This document shows positions 55,501-64,000 of a stretch of DNA of 64,000 bases, one piece after another. Every line of letters begins with the position of its first letter. The first letter of the stretch is position 1. Both the position numbers and the translations under genes were made by a program. Source of the stretch: Catajapyx aquilonaris (Eukaryota); contig JYFJ02001475.1 in NCBI GenBank assembly GCA_000934665.2, positions 1 through 64,000 on the forward strand, in the 5' to 3' direction. A model generated the notes under the pieces. It was not told where the DNA came from. It saw only the letters and a list, made by a program, of their open reading frames with translations, and searched no databases.

Positions 55501-58500
55501 CAAAAGGGGGCAACGCCATGACACTAATCATCATGGACAGGTTGTCTGCACCATGATACACCCTACACGCTTCATGAGCAAGAGGAGAAGGATTTCCGGG
55601 TGAGTAAAAAGTATTTAATACTAACTATAGCAACCTAAGCCTTTCATAATGCGACTGGTGTTAGTGCCACTTAAATTATCAAGAAAATAGGATAATGGGA
55701 TTGGAGGAAAGCTATGCCTGTAAAGCCCACCTAGCGTGCTCCTTGCATCATTATGGCTTCGAGGATTCTGGCGATTGAGCCACCTAAACGTGACACACTT
55801 TCAGTAACGCTAATTATTAACAATGAGATGAAATTTTACCTTTTGACTTTTGCATGTTGGATCGAACCAGGCACTGAAAATGGACATCATCAGTTATGTT
55901 TTTTTTTTGCATATTTTCACCAAACTGTCCTCGTCAGCCGCTGATACAAAAAGACCATACCATGGTAAGGGGAGGCAAAGCTCGAGTGCCAAAGCCGAGA
56001 TTGAGCCTGACGATACAACCTAAGCGAGAATCGATACCCAGGAGCCTGTCGGCCGTCCATTTCCGTCTTCTTCCATATTAGCCAGCTCCCTTATCAATTG
56101 ACTCTGACAAAGAGAACCGAGTCCTCTCCATGTCCGTACCGGCTGACTGATGGATTTGTTCCACCCTGTAACGGTGTTATCGTTAATTTTCAACTAAGTT
56201 CGAAGATGCTCTTGTCAGCTTTAAATACATATTATGAAAGGCTGCTGAAATGTGAGCAGGAGCCAATCAACACGTGCCAAAAACCAAAAACAGCAGCAAT
56301 AATAGATATCTAATTACGCACGTCCAACACAGGCTTTTGACGAATATCGGGATGTCTGTATAGTTTTAAACTCCGTTCAGGCCAATCAAATCTGTGCTAT
56401 ATACAGTATGGGTTTCGTATCGATGTGCGATTAGATTGCTGTTTTGCGGCCAGGTACTACACCTATAATGAGTGTATGTAATTGCCCTGCTGCGGTGCAT
56501 TGGATGTTAAATGCTGTGGTGCTGACGTCGACTGTCGCTCCCTGTGACATTGGAGGCCAGGTATAATTACACCGCTAGAAAGATATCCTCCAAATGATGT
56601 ATTGATACCTGTCTCATCTGGTTTGTGATTGGGCTCTTTGCGGCAGGTAGTCGACACCATACTGTAAAAGCTTTGATCATTCTGTGTGATGTATTATTAA
56701 CACTAAAAATCACTCAACATTTCCCTCTAAAACAGGAAAAATAGATTTCATTTAAAAAGTTTAAAAACGAACTAATTTGTGCACCTATTTTAGTTAATTT
56801 CTAATTAGTACCATACTCATCTCATAGATGGCGCGCCCTCCCTCTTTGCACACTCCTGCCACAGTGCGACGTGTATTGGTACTATCATGACAAACAAACA
56901 TGATTGTATGATTATACAGTACGAAGCCTATACTTGTGTACTGCTTGTCCATAAACATACCCTTCCAATCTAACCTTTTGGGAATCCTCTCCCAAAAAAT
57001 CCCGTTTTCCATCTCGCTTGCCCTGTTTTTGTTGATCATCCGAAAAAGAACACAACCTCCCTTATGCAGCACTATCGATGGTGTCAGCCCAAGTGGAATA
57101 AGACGGATGATTACAGGCAGGGGGGTATAAGCTTTTGTGTGAGTGGATGGAACGTCAAACCAGGGACATTGATCCAAGGGACTTTACCTACCAGACCCTA
57201 AAAATTGTGGGCGGTCTGCACTGCGGCGGATGGAAAACCATATCTGGGTATCCTCTTTAATCCTAAGATTTGTCTCATCATCAAAAGAATGGGATGGAAA
57301 AGGATCGAATTTGCACAATGAATCAGGAGAAAGTAGAGAAAATATATATACAGAGGGGTTGAGTGCGCAGATTTATTGACGTTTCCTTGATACTTTGGAC
57401 GGTTCGATGATAGCAATTCTTAGAGTGCACGTAAATGTTTCATTTTACCAGCCGTGTTCACAGCAGAGCTGGAGCGAAAAGTTGTTGGCCAGCCAGAAGC
57501 AAACATAGGTTTTTTTGGCATTTTTAAAGATTTATAAGGACCTCTGACTACAACTGCAGGACCTACGTTAAGACACAATGTTAATATTTCAGTAGAGTAT
57601 CTGACATGAAGATTGATTGAACTGGAATTCAAATACTGTTGTATTTTCATGGCCGATTTAACAAAATAAGAGACCAAAAGCGAGTCGTCGAATAATACCT
57701 GCAGTAAAAAAAAACCATTATTGATGAAAATGGAAAGGGCTGAAAATTACAGTAGCTCACGCACTGTATAAAATGTATGAAATAAAACAAACAAAAACAT
57801 AGGGAATTTTTAATCATCCACTTCAGTGAAAGAAGCGATTGATTATGACCCAAATATGGCTGAATTATTTTTGTTTGCTTTTTATGTGTTTAATGTGCAA
57901 ATGAAGAACTAACACAATAACTAAAAATTTAACGTATTGCACAATAAACATGGGACGCTAGGCATATCTGGGTTAATACTAAATTGCCCTCTTCAAGTGT
58001 TAACTTTTCCTCGTATTTATTAAACGAATTAAACCCATGCATTAGTGACTTACTCCTAAACGATTTATCCTCCATTTAATTTAATTTAATTCCCTCACGC
58101 AATTTCAAACGCCAAATCCCTAAAAGGCTGGGACGTTATAGGCATAAAACCGTGTGCCCGTAAATCCAGAAATCCTAAGTTCCCAGAAGTATCCTCGTTA
58201 ATAATTAGCGCCAGAGATTTTCCGAAACCCATCTAGAGACTTGCAATTCCCTCATAATTATTTCTTGCCAAAACGCCTTAAAGAAATATTTAATCACATC
58301 TGAGAGCATCCATATAACATTCCCTGTGCTTTTCCCCCTTCCCAAACAACTCTCTCTCTCTTTGGCTTTTACAGATCCTTCCCCCCTTTTGTTGTCTTGG
58401 ACCCCTCCCTATATATAGTTCCTTCTTCTTCTTCTTCCTCTTCCTCCTCCCCCGAACCCGAATTACACTTTGCGGAAATAGTTGCCGCCAATCCTTTCCA

Positions 58501-60072
58501 AGGACGCTGCGCCAGAATGCCGGCTTAACGCCTTGCAAAACAGGGCTCTTGAAAACCTATAGCTAGAGAAAGGGTGGTGGAAAAGACGGGGGTTCCCCGC
58601 AATTTCTTCCCTCACGTCTGCCAATTCGATGTCTTCAGCGTCGCATTTTCCGTCCCCCTTCCTATGCAGCACCCGGAGACAAATGGAGGGAGACTGTGTT
58701 TACAAAAACACCATCTCTGCCACTTGGACTGGAGGATTCTGGTCCTAGGCAGCCCAGAGGCTGTCAATAAGAGCAAGCAGCTTGCTGAGGTTACAGCAAT
58801 GTGAGGTTCTTCAAAAAGTGGGAAGAATATTTAAAAAAATTGAAGTTAGGCTGAAACTAGATATAATCGGAAGTAATTTCAATTTTTTGTGACGAAAACT
58901 TAAATTTTGACAACCATCCGTCTCTCTGCCAGACTATCGCTCCTATAGATTTATCCGAAGCTGTTTCACTACTGACAGCAGTCAAAGAATGTTTAAATAA
59001 TGATGGGAACGTCGCACATGACATCTTGACAATGGTGTGCTTGGCGTTAAGGGAAACCGAAATCAGCACGTGGCATGAATGAAAGGCTTGCTTTGATGGA
59101 TGGAAATTGCGGCATGTGGATCTGTACACGTGGATGTTACGAGCAAGTACCACTACAGTTGATTATAAAGTTCCTGAAATTCCTTCAGAAGCAGTGTCAG
59201 AGCTCAGGTTCAATTAAGTGAGCATTACTGTAGGAGTGTAGGTACATACTCTGCAATATTGGTAATTTACGATGTAACCCAAATTATTGTCATACAAATT
59301 AGCTTACAACAATAATAATCTTCATATTTTTGATTAACTTACTTTGAACACCCACACATTAATCGGCTATTGCTATTATTGCCCTATAATTATTACATTA
59401 CTCATGCATGACGCACTCACTTGTTATTTAATCATATCGCGTTGCATAAATGAAAGGCAATGACTGGCCCTGCCATCGACACCGAAATTTCCCCATCGAC
59501 CCAAAAAAGAACCACAACCCTAATTTACTTTTACGTGTCACATATGTCAAAAGCCTCCGATTTTTGGTGTCAGAAACTAACAGATAACGTCACTCACAAT
59601 GTACTCAAACTACAATTTGATTTATCACTCCCACTGTACATAATCACCATGCCCTCCAATGATAGCCCTCGGATCATTTTGAACCTGATGCTGCCTGATG
59701 CTTCAGCACAAGTTGTTTCGTAATGATTCAGACAAACAGGGCGAGGCACTGTCGTTTAAACCAAAGAACAATCTGACGTCACGGTTTGCCCCGCCTCCAC
59801 CCGACTCTTCCTTCCAATCATGCCATCGAATGGCTCTGCAAGCATACTACTGCGCATGCTCAGAAAACACGGCTGGTATGACGTCAGATCGTTCTTTGAC
59901 TTAAAGGACTGTAGATAGATGCATACCTTCCAGGATACTTAACGACCTAACGAAGCTGCGTACACCAAACGACACGTCTACACAAAATGATCCCATGATG
60001 CCTAGGAATCACCCTAGAAGTTTGTCCGAATCATTACAGAACACCCTATAGACAGCTCCAGGGAAAGGTCAG

Positions 60073-60073
<1 letters not shown>

Positions 60074-60128
<55 letters not shown>
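60074..60128. repeat. (CT)n microsatellite
   Basis: Uninterrupted CT run of ~55 bp. Confidence 0.95.
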
Positions 60129-60129
<1 letters not shown>

Positions 60130-61040
60130 AGGATATGACAGAAATCCGACTTGCAAATGGATGGTATAAAGTGCGATGGTGACCTTCCCTAAAGGGAAGA
60201 CTAGAGTTAGTCCTCCTGCAACAATTAAACGCGGCCCCCTCTTGTATCAAAATTCAGAGGAACAGCCTGAAAACGGCTCCAGGTCGTTAAAACCCAGGCC
60301 ATTAACTTTTACACCCAGTTGTATCATTTTCTAGGTAATTGGTTGAATTTTCATTGCAGTCCAAACGGCCCGTTGAGTCTGGACTGTCAGGAGAAAAATA
60401 GTGACCAAGAATTTTAAATACCGTACTATTCGATCTTCTAAACTGGGAGAGGTCCTAATGACTTTTGTTTGCTGTTGATCCTTCCCCTTCCATCATTTTC
60501 CAATGTACGGGTTCTGATCTTAATGGAATCTCCCTTGGAGCATTAAAAAAGATGCCTCAATTTGCATGGCCATGAGGTCTTCTTTCTGCTTGCCAATGCA
60601 AACTTCCTCACGATTTACATGTGCCTAGGGAGAGGCTATCCCCATGGGATAAGTTCTTTCCATGAGGCATAAAATCTACTCCCGAACTATTTTGCCGTTC
60701 ATACGATTCCAATATTTGGGAGCCAAGATGGCCGAAAATGATGTCCGGGAGAGGCGTTTAGGAAACGAAATCATCTATTTTGCATACCATACCTAACTTT
60801 TAGTGCCTGAGGCTTCTCTGGCACTAGCTTGTAACTGATGAAGCAGTCGGAACTGATAATTGGTTTCACAACCAGGAAGCATCAATATTCGTAGCCAAGA
60901 TGGCGACACATTCGCCAAAACGACGCCTGAGACACGTTTTGGAAAATAAATGATGTGCTTACAGCATAAACTTGATGGTAACTGTTGATGAATTATTAGC
61001 AATCATTTTTTTGATCCCTCAGGACCAATGAGGACACATC

Positions 61041-61627
61041 ATGGGAGAAGCTTGGCTACTGAGGTCGCTGTTTTTGGCGACTGTCATCTGTTCCTGCCTG
61101 CAGCCGCCAGGAGGGGCCGCCGATGCAAATGGAAAGGTTAGTATAGCCATATTCCATAGCAGCCTTGTCCATAGTTCACAAATTGGCAACACTGCCCGAT
61201 CCTCACTTGGATGTAGTTCGATTATGCATCTACCAGGTGGCGCACAGACTCCCGCTATGTACAATGCTGCCACCCTGTGGCAGAAAGCAGTACCACATGC
61301 ACGTTGGTGATAAGTCACCTCAGAGCCAATTTTACACAATTCATGATATCAATTTTAAGCGTTTTAGTTGCAAACTTGTGGAAATGAGTGGGAGTGTCCA
61401 ATATGTCGAATTTGATGTATTTTTGCAGGATAGCTGGGGTGGCTGGGAAGAGGAGGCTCTTGAAGTGGTGGAAGCCACATCCATGGGCAGTGCTGGATCT
61501 CTTTGCGTCACCGAGCAGTTCCGGATGGTACCAGCTCCGATACGAGCAGACGCCTTCGACGCTGCCAGACAAAAAGTGGACCTAGCATCGGCCTTTCTAA
61601 GCCATCTTCCATCTCTAGATACGATAG
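61041..61627 (+). CDS. first two coding exons (61041-61136, 61429-61627) of a signal-peptide-bearing gene continuing beyond the window; possibly a GPR158/CG31760-like class C orphan GPCR
   Basis: Acceptor CCCTCAG| at 61022, donor AAG|GTTAGT (phase 0), acceptor TTTTTGCAG|, donor TAG|GTAAGT. Translation MGEAWLLRSLFLATVICSCLQPPGGAADANGK-DSWGGWEEEALEVVEATSMGSAGSLCVTEQFRMVPAPIRADAFDAARQKVDLASAFL. The family call is from recollection of the F..ARQK.DLA..L segment and is unverified. Confidence 0.65.
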
Positions 61628-62730
61628 GTAAGTTAAGCAAAAATGCATCGAATTAATATTTTTTTTAGCTGTTGTGTAGAAGCCTGGAGGCTTGTAATTA
61701 TCTGCATGGATTGAGTTGCCGAGATTTTCCTACCTCGTTATATGCGACATCACCTGATGTCAAAAGTTCACGACTAATTTTATAATGGCCCGCCTGCTTT
61801 TAAAGTTCAAGCCAATACATATACACCGTATAATCTCGCAAGTTTGAAAATAGAGGGGGGGCACTATAATTGGCGGAAAAGTTTTTCAAATGAAATGCGT
61901 AATTATTATACGAAACAATTTTCTAATTGTCTTCAGTGTTAGTGTTGCAGAATAACCTATTTATTCCGGCCTATTTGCAAATGGAGCATATACATATTCC
62001 CAAATGTTCATACTGTAATGGACACACAGAAAACCGTTTCGTTGACTGTAAAGCAACTGCGGTATAGTGTTGTCCCCGCTGCTGAAACAAAGTTATATCA
62101 ACAAAATGGGATCCACTATAACAAGCTATTTCAACTGCGGCAAAATTACTTTCACTTACAGTACCTCGCTTATACCCCAATAATATGCATTGCATAATAC
62201 TATCGAAGAATGGAATGCATTGTTGCAATAACTCTTTCGATACAAAACTTCGGTGAACTTTCGCGTCATTTGGACAAGAATCACGACCAATGACTTTTCC
62301 TCTATATATTTGGGGGCAAGACTATCTCTATCCCTGTCTTATTTTTTATGTGAGTGGAAGGTGATGGGAGAAGACCATTTTCCAGGTTGAGAAGGAAGAT
62401 CCTCTCCCGGAGTATTGATTGGTGCTAGGGGTAGGAGGGGTGTAGAAGGTGGCCTTTTCCAAGGTGAAGAATAAGAAGCCTGAGGCTTTCCCCCCCACGC
62501 TGTCTTCATCATCCCATCTTCCTTACTTGAAAAGGCGCCTCCAGCATCAATTTTCAACCGGGTCTTGGTTTCATTTGCATCATTTGGTAGTAGATCCGGC
62601 CTCGAGCTCTTGACGTGAGGTCCTCACACTATGATAATATGTTGTATACAAAAACATGTGCATATGAAACTTCATGCTGAATTATTTGTTGTTAATTTTT
62701 TGCACATTTTTGTTAGCAAACGAATTAACA

Positions 62731-62940
62731 TCTATAAAATTGAAATTATATTCATGTTGTATGGTTTTGCTTTCTGATTGGTCCGCCGTATAACTCGTTC
62801 TGCGCAGGTGCAATGGGGGTGGAGGCAGCGCCTCTGGTGGTTGTGAGGAGGAACTATTCATTCGTTCGCTGTCTGCCGGAGTGTCTACATCGCTTCCTCC
62901 CGACCCCCGCACCCAGTGAGCGAAGCGAGGGTTTTTCTAG
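62731..62940 (+). mobile_element. non-autonomous Helitron-like element
   Basis: A|TCTATAAAA start; GAGCGAAGCGAGGG motif then CTAG|T end. Confidence 0.55.
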
Positions 62941-62976
62941 TAATTATTAAAAATGGAACTGCACAAGTGTCCTATA

Positions 62977-63184
62977 CAGGGTGGTCCAACATCAAGTGTC
63001 GTTTTATAACGGCGATTAATAGCAGTGATTTTGCGATGACGTAGCAGCGACGAGTAAAATGTCCCACTTCGGCGCATCTTCGGCGCCATCAAAGTGGGCA
63101 ATTTTACACGTCGCTGCTACGTCAATCGTAAAGCGCTTCTATTAATAGCCGTTATAAAACGACACTTGATGTTGGACCACCCTG
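62977..63184. mobile_element. Tc1/mariner-type palindromic MITE (208 bp)
   Basis: TA|CAGGGTGGTCCAACATCAAGTGTCGTTTTATAACGGC ... GCCGTTATAAAACGACACTTGATGTTGGACCACCCTG|TA. TA TSD; arms complementary nearly to the centre. Confidence 0.92.
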
Positions 63185-64000
63185 TATGTATAGAACTAGA
63201 TATATCTGGGTTAATTAGGATGAAAGTGTAGTGCAGTGGGAATGAATAGTTTCGTCAATATGTAGGTGGGCAATGAAGTGGGCTTGTGGGTTCATATGAT
63301 GAGAGTTTTAAAAACTGTGGTATTCAATATTGGTAAGGGTTAAAGCGTAAATGTCACAGAGAGTAAACGAGTTTTTCAGCTAAAATTAGTTTAGGGCATG
63401 GGCCTAATAAGGGGTCGTTCGTCCATAAAATAATTACCCGTAAAACTGCATTCCACCAAATTTGCTTTTCTCTTCCGTTAAAATCATGGTTGTAATTAAT
63501 TATTCCGCAACAGGGATTTTTTTACCTACCAATATGCAACTGGCAGGTCAAAGGTCACGTATGTTCATTTCATGGTACGCAGTTTAATTCGACTCAATAA
63601 TACTTTCGGCTCCGTTATCTCAAATCCGTTCCTGTCTTCTCTGGTAATCAAAATCGCATTAAGTTCGACTCTCTAATGCCAGCAAAAAATATTACTGCGT
63701 ATTGATATGAGCCTGAGCCATTCATCAGTCTGAAAAATCGCAAGAAACCGTGCGAAAAATCCGATGAGAAAAATACTGTTTTTTTTTCTTCTTCTTCTTC
63801 TCCTTCTTCAGTTCCAGCTGAATTCTACGGAGCTGAGATTTCCCAGAAACTTCCTGGCAAAAATCTAATTTCGCAAGTGTTGCCGTTTGCCAACGAGATT
63901 TCGAGATCCTGCCATCTCCAAAACCTATAACTCAACAGACAAGAGTGTTCTCCTTATTTTTTATGTCAGCAGTTGGCAAGCCTGATTTGCCATCAAATAT

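Noticed and set aside
26300..61000. Numerous 60-150-aa ORFs and possible Hox-type microRNAs in the non-coding tract
   Set aside because: ORFs lack domains, coding-like composition or consistent splice sites; no recognisable miRNA, tRNA or rRNA was seen by eye. An Infernal/Rfam scan would be needed to exclude them.

Overview
Eukaryotic, most likely arthropod, genomic DNA: spliceosomal GT-AG introns, (TTAGG)n telomere-type repeat, DRE/YY1-type promoter motifs. The first 26 kb is gene-dense. It holds a minus-strand tandem family of C2H2 zinc-finger genes (three intact, one pseudogene with nested transposons, one finger-less fragment) that share an acidic psi-K-x-E N-terminal module. It also holds a complete 11-exon SMU1 gene, with a convergent PIF/Harbinger-type gene pair (DNA-binding gene + transposase) on each side. 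In both pairs the Myb/SANT or MADF-BESS gene is intact while the transposase is damaged: heavily decayed in one, a single broken splice donor in the other. Next is a secreted protein built almost entirely of SYGYEQPK-YEK repeats. From about 26.3 to 61 kb there is no convincing coding sequence, only MITE-like and dispersed repeats and satellites, including a telomere-like array. The first two coding exons of a signal-peptide-bearing gene (possibly a GPR158-like GPCR) lie at about 61 kb, followed by a Helitron-like element and a MITE. Exon structures were derived by hand from splice sites and reading phase; no database searches were run.
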